DNA from: an uncultured Bacilli bacterium
Lineage (GTDB): Bacteria > Bacillota_I > Bacilli_A > RF39 > UBA660
DNA: 64,000 bases
Direction of reading: 5' to 3'
Assembly (NCBI GenBank): GCA_947628965.1
Contig: CANRBV010000002.1
Span: 16,247 to 80,246, forward strand
Shown here piece after piece: positions 31,162 to 39,550 of this stretch (position 1 is the stretch's first letter; the number at the start of each line of letters is the position of its first letter). The position numbers were made by a program, and so were the translations under genes. The notes below the pieces were generated by a model. That model searched no databases and was not told the origin of the DNA. It saw only the letters and a list, made by a program, of their open reading frames with translations.

Positions 31162-31737
31162 TTATAAACTTTTTGTATCGGTTTGCTCTTGATTTCTAGA
31201 ACCAAAAAGAAATTCTTGTGCTTCTCGATATTTTGGTAAAAGTTTCTTTTGTTGTTCTATCGCTTTTTGAAATTTTTCTTGCATTTCTTTAGAAATAACA
31301 ATAGGATTTTCTCTAATATCTTTTTTTGTAGCATTGGTTTGTCTAACAATTGCTTTGGAATAATATTCGGCTTGTTTTATAATATTATCGTATTCTTGAA
31401 AAATCGTTAGTACGCGAATAGAAGCTTTAAGTTTTTTATAGTCAAAGTTTTCTTCTAAATGCAAATCCATTTCTTTAATAACAGCTATCATATTATTTAT
31501 AAAAGGAGTATTGTCTTGCTTTCCATATTCGGGATGAATATTGGGTAAACAAGATTTTAGTTCTTGATATTTTTGATTCAATTTCAAATAGGTTTCTCTA
31601 AATTTTTGCCAATCTTGAAAATTTTCTAAAGGATATTGATTTTTGATTACTTGAAATTTCAAGATGGTTATTTGATTATCACATTCTATAAAAGATTTTA
31701 ATATCTTATCTTGTGAATCCATTTTATTCGCCTTCAA
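31162..31737 (-). CDS. hypothetical coiled-coil protein (191 aa)
   Basis: ORF between trmB and obg; no family recognised. Confidence 0.5.
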   Translation of the reverse strand: MKANKMDSQDKILKSFIECDNQITILKFQVIKNQYPLENFQDWQKFRETYLKLNQKYQELKSCLPNIHPEYGKQDNTPFINNMIAVIKEMDLHLEENFDYKKLKASIRVLTIFQEYDNIIKQAEYYSKAIVRQTNATKKDIRENPIVISKEMQEKFQKAIEQQKKLLPKYREAQEFLFGSRNQEQTDTKSL

Positions 31738-32372
31738 TCTTTATATTGAGCATCCACATAATATATGGGACGGTGCTCTTTTTCATATTGGACTTCAAAA
31801 TCAGTCATTACATTGGGAATTTTTCTTTCATCATGATGTAGATCTAGACTGACTCTATGAAAAGTGTACCAAAATTCACTTAAATTTTCAAGAGAACTAG
31901 CAAAAAGAATTTTATTGTCTGTTTTTAAAATAATATGTTTATTTTTTTTGAAAATTCGATCGTATATTTTTAAATAATTAGGAGAAGTAAATCTCTTTTT
32001 TTCATCTTGTTTTTTTGGCCATGGTTCTGAAAATGTTAAGTAAATCGTATCAATTTCTTTTCCAAAATAATTTATTAAATTGTTTGCATCATTACAAATT
32101 ATTTTTAAATTATTTAGTTTTTTTGTGCCAATATTTTGAATAGCGTTTGCTGTTTGTGAAGCATCAATTTCGATTCCAATAAAATTTTTATCAGGATTTG
32201 ATTTGGCCATTTCAATTAAAAAAATACCTCTACCCATTCCGAGTTCCAAACAAATGGGATTCTTATTTTGAAAAATGTTCGACCAATTATTTTTATAATT
32301 TTCAGGATGTTCAATAATATACGGACTGTCCGATAAAATTTTTTTGGCTCCCTTTACAACGTTATATCTCAT
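31734..32372 (-). CDS. trmB: tRNA (guanine46-N7)-methyltransferase
   Basis: SAM-binding ELGMGRG..IGIEI and C-terminal TrmB motifs. Start chosen at ATG 32370-32372 (AAGGTG RBS) to avoid overlap with rplS. Confidence 0.8.
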   Translation of the reverse strand: MRYNVVKGAKKILSDSPYIIEHPENYKNNWSNIFQNKNPICLELGMGRGIFLIEMAKSNPDKNFIGIEIDASQTANAIQNIGTKKLNNLKIICNDANNLINYFGKEIDTIYLTFSEPWPKKQDEKKRFTSPNYLKIYDRIFKKNKHIILKTDNKILFASSLENLSEFWYTFHRVSLDLHHDERKIPNVMTDFEVQYEKEHRPIYYVDAQYKD

Positions 32373-32451
32373 TTTATAACACCTTCTTAATTTTATTTTA
32401 ACAAATGCCGTGATAAAAGTCCATTCTAAGAAATAATAAAAAAAAGAAGCT

Positions 32452-32814
32452 TTACTTTGCTTCTTTGACACTGCTATTTCTTTCTTTAACTTTATATTCT
32501 TTACGCATATTTTTTATAAAGTTAAGTTTAGCACGACGTACCAATCCTTTTTTCACAACAGTAATTTTATCAATTGTTGGTGCATTTATTGGAAATACTC
32601 TTACAACTCCTACACTTCCTGATTTTTTACGTACAGAAAATGTTTCAGATACACCACTACCTTTTTTGGCAATTACAATTCCTTCAAAAGCTTGGATTCT
32701 TTCTTTTTTACCTTCTTTTACCCAAACATCAACTCTTACAGTATCTCCTACACGAAATTCAGGAACGTTTGGTTTCATATGCTTTTCATTAATTCGATCG
32801 ACTAAATTTGCCAT
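32452..32814 (-). CDS. rplS: 50S ribosomal protein L19
   Basis: FRVGDTVRVDVWVKEG...RIQAFEGIVIAKKG matches the L19 family. Confidence 0.9.
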   Translation of the reverse strand: MANLVDRINEKHMKPNVPEFRVGDTVRVDVWVKEGKKERIQAFEGIVIAKKGSGVSETFSVRKKSGSVGVVRVFPINAPTIDKITVVKKGLVRRAKLNFIKNMRKEYKVKERNSSVKEAK

Positions 32815-32901
32815 CTTTTATCATCCTTTCTATTTAAAAATTTCTCTTCTGCAATCATAATATATTCTTATCAGCGGATTACATGCTTAAAAAGCGTATT
32901 C

Positions 32902-32930
32902 ATTATACCAAAAAGAAAAGAAATATGCAA
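32902..32930 (-). promoter_or_regulatory. putative sigma-A promoter for rplS (TTGCAT-17-TATAAT) with an ~85-nt leader
   Basis: Hexamers read on the minus strand; the leader may be the L19 autoregulatory leader. Confidence 0.4.
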
Positions 32931-32957
32931 ATTTTTTTTAAATTATGCTTATTTTTA

Positions 32958-33416
32958 TTATCTACTATGTCCTTTTTCCATTTCTTCAGAATAGATTTGT
33001 CTTTCATGTAAATTTAAAATAATGATTTTTTCTTTTAATTCGGCTTCTAAAATTTCTATTCGTTTTAAATATTTTTCTCGTTCTTCTTTTTTTATATATT
33101 CTTTATACTTGCGTTGTAGCACATTTTTTTCTTTTGTAAGCTCACTTAGAGCTATCATGGCATCTCCCGTTGTCGTATCTTCACTTTTTAAAATTTTTAA
33201 AATCATCGCAGCAATGCTACGAAAAGTTTTATCACACTTTTTTATTAAAATGGAGTTCGTTATTTCGGGATTTAAAATTGTTAAGCTACTAATTTCAATT
33301 AAATCGTTATTTTTAATATTTGGTTTAAAAACATAACCTTCATTTTCAAAATTAAATTTCCCTAATTTTTTATTTTTATTTTTCTTTTTTATTACATAAT
33401 ACTTCATCATACTCAC
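32958..33416 (-). CDS. hypothetical protein (152 aa, Lys/Glu-rich C-terminus)
   Basis: ORF between trmD and rplS. Confidence 0.45.
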   Translation of the reverse strand: MSMMKYYVIKKKNKNKKLGKFNFENEGYVFKPNIKNNDLIEISSLTILNPEITNSILIKKCDKTFRSIAAMILKILKSEDTTTGDAMIALSELTKEKNVLQRKYKEYIKKEEREKYLKRIEILEAELKEKIIILNLHERQIYSEEMEKGHSR

Positions 33417-33418
33417 CC

Positions 33419-34081
33419 TTATTGTAACAAATCTTTTCTTTTTTCCTCTGTTTTTTTAAGTTGCTCCTCTTTTCGCCATTTTTTAATTTCTTCGTGATTG
33501 CCATTTAATAAAACATCTGGTACTTTTAATCCTCGAAATTCCCGTGGTCTAGTATAAGTTGGATAATCAAGTAAGTTAGTCGTAAAGGAATCTTCCATAT
33601 AAGAATCCTTTTTAATAACGCCATCTAATAATCTTATAATACTATCGGAAATTACCATAGCTGGCAATTCTCCACCTGTTAAGATATAATCACCAATACT
33701 CATTACTTCATCCACAAAATTATGAATGCGTTCATCAAATCCTTCATAATGTCCGCAGACTAAAATAATATGTTTTTCTTTTTTTAACGAATATGCATAG
33801 CTCTGCTTATAGGTCTTTCCTTCTGGAGAAAGTAAAATAACTTTTGAATCTTTTGTTTTATAATGTTCAATAGCATCGACAAGAGGTTCGAGCATTAAAA
33901 CCATGCCACTTCCTCCTCCATAGGGAGTATCATCGACCTGAGCATTATTGAATTTAGAAAAATCGCGAAAATTTATAATATTTATTTCTACTTGTTTTTT
34001 TTCGATTGCTCTTTTAATAATAGATTCACTTAAAAAACCATCAAACATTTTTGGAAAAAGGGTTAAAATATCAATTCTCAT
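33419..34081 (-). CDS. trmD: tRNA (guanine37-N1)-methyltransferase
   Basis: N-terminus MRIDILTLFPKMF, SPEG and GHYEG motifs. Confidence 0.9.
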   Translation of the reverse strand: MRIDILTLFPKMFDGFLSESIIKRAIEKKQVEINIINFRDFSKFNNAQVDDTPYGGGSGMVLMLEPLVDAIEHYKTKDSKVILLSPEGKTYKQSYAYSLKKEKHIILVCGHYEGFDERIHNFVDEVMSIGDYILTGGELPAMVISDSIIRLLDGVIKKDSYMEDSFTTNLLDYPTYTRPREFRGLKVPDVLLNGNHEEIKKWRKEEQLKKTEEKRKDLLQ

Positions 34082-34572
34082 AGCATTAAATCACGACCTC
34101 CAACGACCTCAACAATCCCGTTTTTTAAGTCAACTTGTTTGATAAATGCATCTTTTAGTGGAATATAAAATTTTTTATTTCCTTCCACCAATAACAGGAT
34201 ATTGGCTTTATTATACACGATTTCTTTAATTTTACCTAATGTTTTTTTATTTTCTTCAACATTTAATCCAATTAAATCTTCGTATAGGTAATCTTTTTCC
34301 CCTAAATGCAGATCATTTCTTTTTACATAAACTGGTTTATTTTTATATTTTAAAACTTCATTAATATTTGTGTAATTCTTTAGTGTAACCATATCAAATT
34401 CTTTATGCACTCGATAAGTATTTATCATTTCTTCTTTTTTTTCAATACCAATATAAAGTTTAAAATTGGGTTTAAAAACAGATGTTTTTCTTTCAAATTG
34501 TGATAAAATTCGCATTTCTCCTTTAATACCATGTGTGTTTACAATTCTTCCTACATAAACATAATCATTCAT
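34078..34572 (-). CDS. rimM: ribosome maturation factor RimM
   Basis: VGRIVNTHGIKGEMRI motif and PRC barrel. Confidence 0.85.
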   Translation of the reverse strand: MNDYVYVGRIVNTHGIKGEMRILSQFERKTSVFKPNFKLYIGIEKKEEMINTYRVHKEFDMVTLKNYTNINEVLKYKNKPVYVKRNDLHLGEKDYLYEDLIGLNVEENKKTLGKIKEIVYNKANILLLVEGNKKFYIPLKDAFIKQVDLKNGIVEVVGGRDLML

Positions 34573-35284
34573 TTACATCACTCATTTCATACATCAAAAT
34601 ACTAGCTGCAACTCCCGCATTTAAAGATTCACAATCCAAATGCATTGGTATTTTTATAAAATTAGAGGCTTGTTTTTTTAACTCCTCTTTTATACCTTGA
34701 CCTTCATTGCCAATTAATAAAGCTATATTTTCTTTTTTAGCTATTTGTCTTATATTTTCTCCTTTTTTTACATCTGTAACTAAAATTTGATAATTATGTT
34801 TAATGCTTGTTAAAAAAGTATTTAAATCTTTTTTAACAATATTTATTCCAAATAATAGACCTTCGGATGCACGAATTGTTTTTTCATTATAAACATCTAC
34901 TGTATCCAAACTTAAAATAATATCTGTAAATCCAAAAGCAACAGCACTACGAATCATAGTTCCTAAATTTCCTGGATCTTGAATACCATCTAAAAGAAGC
35001 AGTTTATTTTGTATATTTTTTTCTTTTAGTTTATGACAAACTGCTATTCGTTTTGGAATACTCACTTGAGAAGATATTTTTTTCATAATTGTTTCCGTTA
35101 CGTAATAGTTCGCTTCCATTTGCTCATCCATGGATATAATTTCTTGAATAACATTCTTTTTTTTAGCTTCTATGATTAAATGTTCTCCTTCAATTAAGAA
35201 AAGATTTTTTTGATCACGAAACTTTTTTTCTTTTAATTTACACCATTCTTTAACATGAGGATTATTAATTGATTCTATTTTCAT
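34565..35284 (-). CDS. TrmH/SpoU-family RNA 2'-O-methyltransferase
   Basis: DGIQDPGNLGTMIRSAVAFG, LLIGNEGQG and SLNAGVAASILMYE SPOUT motifs. Confidence 0.75.
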   Translation of the reverse strand: MKIESINNPHVKEWCKLKEKKFRDQKNLFLIEGEHLIIEAKKKNVIQEIISMDEQMEANYYVTETIMKKISSQVSIPKRIAVCHKLKEKNIQNKLLLLDGIQDPGNLGTMIRSAVAFGFTDIILSLDTVDVYNEKTIRASEGLLFGINIVKKDLNTFLTSIKHNYQILVTDVKKGENIRQIAKKENIALLIGNEGQGIKEELKKQASNFIKIPMHLDCESLNAGVAASILMYEMSDVNE

Positions 35285-35288
35285 ATGC

Positions 35289-35930
35289 TTAGCTCCTTAA
35301 TCTTTTTCTTGCTTCTTTGTATTTAGGATAATACTTTTCTACATGTGTCCAAAACATTGCACTATGATTGGGTTCATAAAAATGACATAATTCGTGAATA
35401 ATGACATAATCGAGTAAATCTATGTCTTTCTTTAAAAGTTCAGTATTTAAAGTAATGGTATTATTTCCTCTATTATTAACCCCCCATCTTGTTTTCATAT
35501 TGCGAAATTTTAAGGTAAACTTTGGTATATTATCAAAATAAGGAAGTATACGATTGACTTCACTTGTAAAAATTCTTTCTACTTCTTTTTTGTAAAATTT
35601 ATCTAAATTCTTTTTATTTTTTATAAAAAGTAGTTCTCCATCAAATGTAGGTTCTTTTATATTTTCATTATAGACGACTGTATATTTTTTCCCTAAATAT
35701 TGAAAAAAAAGTTCTTCATTTTGTGTTTTTTTCACTCTTTGATACATTTTTGTAATCTTTTCTTGATTTTCATTAATCAAATTTAAAATATCTTTTTCTT
35801 TCACTAAGCGATTGCAGGTTGCAAGTAATGTTCCTTCATCATTAAAACGAAGATATATATTTTTATTTTTTTTATATAAAATTTTAACTGTGACAATATC
35901 TCCATCTAATATGACTTGCATACGAACCAC
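35289..35930 (-). CDS. YgjP-like (DUF45/M48-family) metal-dependent hydrolase
   Basis: HExxH in VIIHELCHFYEPNHS; 213 aa. Confidence 0.65.
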   Translation of the reverse strand: MVRMQVILDGDIVTVKILYKKNKNIYLRFNDEGTLLATCNRLVKEKDILNLINENQEKITKMYQRVKKTQNEELFFQYLGKKYTVVYNENIKEPTFDGELLFIKNKKNLDKFYKKEVERIFTSEVNRILPYFDNIPKFTLKFRNMKTRWGVNNRGNNTITLNTELLKKDIDLLDYVIIHELCHFYEPNHSAMFWTHVEKYYPKYKEARKRLRS

Positions 35931-36380
35931 CTTGCCTTTATTTTACCACGGATATTATAGATTAGTAAATGAAAGAAAAAATTATTGTATTTAAAAAAAG
36001 GAATTTTATGATAAATATTCCTTTTATTGGTAAAGATTTTATTACCCAAGATAATTTAGACTATTTATATTCATTAATAAATTATGTTCCTAGTGATTAT
36101 GATAAATGTGATTTAAAAAGTTTATTTATTGACTATAGTAATAACAATAAAATGTTTAGAAAGTGTTTTGCATATTAAAGAAAGAACAAATGCCGACTTG
36201 TTAATTGAAGATGAAGAAGCAAAAACAATTATGTCAATGTTTGAAAAATAAACATTAAAAATCTATAACAATTTTTTAACTAAAATAGGGTGTTTAACTA
36301 CACTCTTTTAAATTCATTTAAAATAACTTAAAAAAATAGAAAAAATAGCCAAAACCAATGTAGCTATTTTTTAATTTCTA

Positions 36381-37190
36381 TTAATATTTTAAGGATTCTA
36401 ATAAATTTCTAACTTCCTGTTCAGCTTCATCTAATGTTCTTTGATAAAAATATAAATTAAAATCATATCTTATATTATCATAATCTAATATAATTTGATA
36501 CCTTCTTAACTCATTATGATCTTGATAAGGCTTTATAATATAAGCCGTTGTATTTAAATTGTCTATAAAATATTCTTCTTCTCTGTATGCTCCTGAAATT
36601 TGATATCTTAACTTTTCTTTTTCTTCATCGGAAGCATTTTTAGTTATTAAAGTAAAACTCATTTGTAATTGTTTATCATGAACATCCGATTTTGTAAAAT
36701 TTTCAATACCAAACATAGCATAGGAAATTTTATTATTTATTTTATTTGTTACATATTGATATAAAACATCATTTTTATAATATTCACTTTTTAAAATTCT
36801 TATACCTAATAATTGTTCTAATTTACTAAAAGAATATAGTCTATCTTCAAAATCATCATTTTTTTCATTATAATTTTTAAATTCTTTTTCAGGAATATCA
36901 TTGTCCCCATTTAAGTTCACTACTGCATTTGTCTCTATTGTTGTAGAATATTTTTCTTCATGATGAGTTATTATGAACTCATTTATTATGTTTTTTATTT
37001 CTCCTGCATAAGTAACTCCTAAACTACAAATTATTATAAACAATATAAGTGTACAACATAGTGCATATTTAAAAAATATTTTATTCTTTTTTTTATTTAA
37101 AATAATATTTTGATAAACCTCATCGCTTCTTTCTTTAGAAAGACTAATTTTATTAAATGCTTCTTTATATTTTTTATTTAAATTTATCAT
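36381..37190 (-). CDS. putative anti-sigma factor, single-pass membrane protein
   Basis: ATGA overlap with the upstream ECF sigma gene; about 35-aa cytoplasmic N-terminus, one TM segment, extracytoplasmic domain. Confidence 0.4.
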   Translation of the reverse strand: MINLNKKYKEAFNKISLSKERSDEVYQNIILNKKKNKIFFKYALCCTLILFIIICSLGVTYAGEIKNIINEFIITHHEEKYSTTIETNAVVNLNGDNDIPEKEFKNYNEKNDDFEDRLYSFSKLEQLLGIRILKSEYYKNDVLYQYVTNKINNKISYAMFGIENFTKSDVHDKQLQMSFTLITKNASDEEKEKLRYQISGAYREEEYFIDNLNTTAYIIKPYQDHNELRRYQIILDYDNIRYDFNLYFYQRTLDEAEQEVRNLLESLKY

Positions 37191-37657
37191 TGATCATTCC
37201 CCATTTCTTTTTTTAATTTTTCTTTACCACGCTTTAATCTTAATTTAATAGCAGATTCAGACACTTTTAATAATTTAGATATTTCTTTAATTGAATATCC
37301 CTCGTAATAATATAAATAAAGAGAAATGCGATATTTTTTGGGTACATGAGAAATAAAATCAAATAAATCATCTCCCTTTGAATATTCTCCAAAGATATTG
37401 ATATCTTCTGGAACAAAACTATTCTTTTTCCAAAAAGAATTTAAATAATTTTTAGAATTATTTATTGCCACTCGAAATATCCACTTTTTTACCTCGATAT
37501 TAGTTTTATTAAATTTATTTATATTCTTATATAATTTTATAAATGTTTGTTGCAAAATATCTTCAGCATCGCTAAAATTTAAAGTATAACTATAAATTAA
37601 TCTAAAAACATCATCTTTATATTTTAAATAAATGTCATCAAATAATTTAGGCATCAC
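37187..37657 (-). CDS. ECF-type sigma-70 family sigma factor
   Basis: Region 2 (DAEDILQQTFIKLY) and region 4 HTH (YSIKEISKLLKVSESAIKLRLKRG); 156 aa. Confidence 0.75.
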   Translation of the reverse strand: MMPKLFDDIYLKYKDDVFRLIYSYTLNFSDAEDILQQTFIKLYKNINKFNKTNIEVKKWIFRVAINNSKNYLNSFWKKNSFVPEDINIFGEYSKGDDLFDFISHVPKKYRISLYLYYYEGYSIKEISKLLKVSESAIKLRLKRGKEKLKKEMGNDQ

Positions 37658-37710
37658 TCATTTATCTCCTCTCACTATATTAACAAATCAAATAGAGAAA
37701 AAGTTACAAT

Positions 37711-37757
37711 AAATAAAAAAACTGTTTGATAAATTTAAATTTTTCAAACAGTTTTAT
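37711..37757 (-). terminator. terminator after the secreted-paralog gene
   Basis: 10-bp stem AACTGTTTGA/TCAAACAGTT with a T-run on the minus strand. Confidence 0.45.
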
Positions 37758-37764
37758 TTATTTA

Positions 37765-38673
37765 TTATAAACTGACTTTTAAACCTGTCATATTATCAAA
37801 ATAAGAACCATACCCATTACTATAAACTAAAACTCCACCTAAACCAGAACTGCCAAAAGTATAGGATTGTGATGTTGCTAATGATATATTACTAACAGCA
37901 TGTTGATATGTTCCAACAATATAGCTACCTAATGAATCATGAGATGTAACATCATAAGTTAGCCAAAAATCAGTACCATCATCATGTAAATTCATTGAGA
38001 CTCCTATACCGTTACCTCCAAATTTTGTATTTGATCCGTTTAAATCATAATCAGTGAATCCAGCACTAGAATTTTGATGAGTTGTATAATATGTAATGGC
38101 ACTTTTCGAAATGCTGTTTTCAAAACGAAAGGCTAAAACATCGTAAGATTTCACTTTTGGTACGGTATGCCAAGTAACATCAAAATAAGCACTATATCTA
38201 TATGTATTTGAATTACTATATGCTATAAATATCGTTTTACTCTCTGTACTATATTCATCATCTTCAATATATCCTATAGTGACTGGCATATTAGAAACGT
38301 CTTGTAATTTACCGTTAATAACATGTAAATTTTTATTATATTTTACTGCTTCTGCTTCTTGTTCAGTAGCTTCTATTGTACTTACATTTTTAAGTAAACC
38401 ATACTTACTATATGTATAAGTTGTAATATATGATTGTTTTTTAGATGAAGTTTTTGCATTATTATCACCATATTTATTTACTTGAAGTTGCTCTAAATGA
38501 TTAATTGTATTTTCATTAAAATGCAATAAAAGTGTATTATATTGCTCTTGAGTAATGATTGCTCCATTATCATTTGTATAGCTTCCATCCTTATTAAGAA
38601 CCATAGCATTGACTGAATTTGTACATAATAAAATTGCAATTAAACCTGTTAATAAATAATAAATTTTTTTCAT
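37765..38673 (-). CDS. secreted protein, paralog A (signal peptide; Ser/Thr/Tyr-rich beta-type domain)
   Basis: Sec signal MKKIYYLLTGLIAILLCTNSVNA; shares the PxVKSYDV...YQHAxxxISL core with the 42255-42983 product. Confidence 0.55.
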   Translation of the reverse strand: MKKIYYLLTGLIAILLCTNSVNAMVLNKDGSYTNDNGAIITQEQYNTLLLHFNENTINHLEQLQVNKYGDNNAKTSSKKQSYITTYTYSKYGLLKNVSTIEATEQEAEAVKYNKNLHVINGKLQDVSNMPVTIGYIEDDEYSTESKTIFIAYSNSNTYRYSAYFDVTWHTVPKVKSYDVLAFRFENSISKSAITYYTTHQNSSAGFTDYDLNGSNTKFGGNGIGVSMNLHDDGTDFWLTYDVTSHDSLGSYIVGTYQHAVSNISLATSQSYTFGSSGLGGVLVYSNGYGSYFDNMTGLKVSL

Positions 38674-38908
38674 TTTTTCCTCTTTTCTATTTTTTTTATT
38701 TTTTATTTAAAAATAATTATTTGTAATAAATACAATGTTATATTTATTACAGAATAAGCAAATTTTTATATTAAAATTCTATTAGCTCATTAATATTAAA
38801 AAAATATTTATACTATTTGTCATAATATGACATTTTTTGATTTTGTATTATTATATCTTTAATTAAATAAATTTTCAGTGTCTAATGTAATGCATATGAC
38901 TTTTAATT

Positions 38909-39520
38909 TTAGTTAGAATCAACAACTTCACAATTATAATTTTCTAAAGAGCATTTAAAGTCAAAGCTTGTAGGTATGCTTGCGTCATATTTATAGGTCA
39001 AGCCACTAAAATAAAGAAAATTATCTTCTATTTTAACAATTTGTTCGATATAGAAACGATCATATGTCACATCATTTGGTATAGTGAAATGAAGACTTTT
39101 CTTTTCTATTTTTTCTTTATCTAGTACATATTCTGTAATCATTAAGAATTCAGGAGTTTCAACTTTATAAAATTTATTGTTATAAAAATAATTATAATTA
39201 CTTAAATTATTGTTATCATTAAAATCTGTACGAGCAGGATAAAACTCTGCTAGTAAAATATAATCTTGTTCATCTACTTGATAAAACAACCCCGATCTTG
39301 TTTCTGCTATATTTCGATCATTATCCATTGATATATCTGCTAAATAATAATTTTGAGTTTTCCCATTTTCATCCATATAGGCATAATGTACTTTATCATT
39401 CTCTTGTAAATTATAATGTTTATAACTAGAATAGTCTGTTTTTCTATTGTTACATCCACACATAAATAAGATTAACATTATTAATACTCCAAATTTTATT
39501 TTCCACATTTTAAATTTCAT
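38909..39520 (-). CDS. putative lipoprotein
   Basis: Signal peptide with LFMCGC lipobox-like site; 203 aa. Confidence 0.45.
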   Translation of the reverse strand: MKFKMWKIKFGVLIMLILFMCGCNNRKTDYSSYKHYNLQENDKVHYAYMDENGKTQNYYLADISMDNDRNIAETRSGLFYQVDEQDYILLAEFYPARTDFNDNNNLSNYNYFYNNKFYKVETPEFLMITEYVLDKEKIEKKSLHFTIPNDVTYDRFYIEQIVKIEDNFLYFSGLTYKYDASIPTSFDFKCSLENYNCEVVDSN

Positions 39521-39550
39521 TCCTTTATACGATTATAACATAAGTTTAAT

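Noticed and set aside
35969-36178. 69-aa plus-strand ORF in the ygjP-like/anti-sigma intergenic region (alternative 56-aa version from ATG 36008 with AAGGAA RBS)
   Set aside because: No recognisable domain. It is alone on the plus strand between convergent minus-strand genes. It could be a real small protein but the evidence is insufficient to call it.
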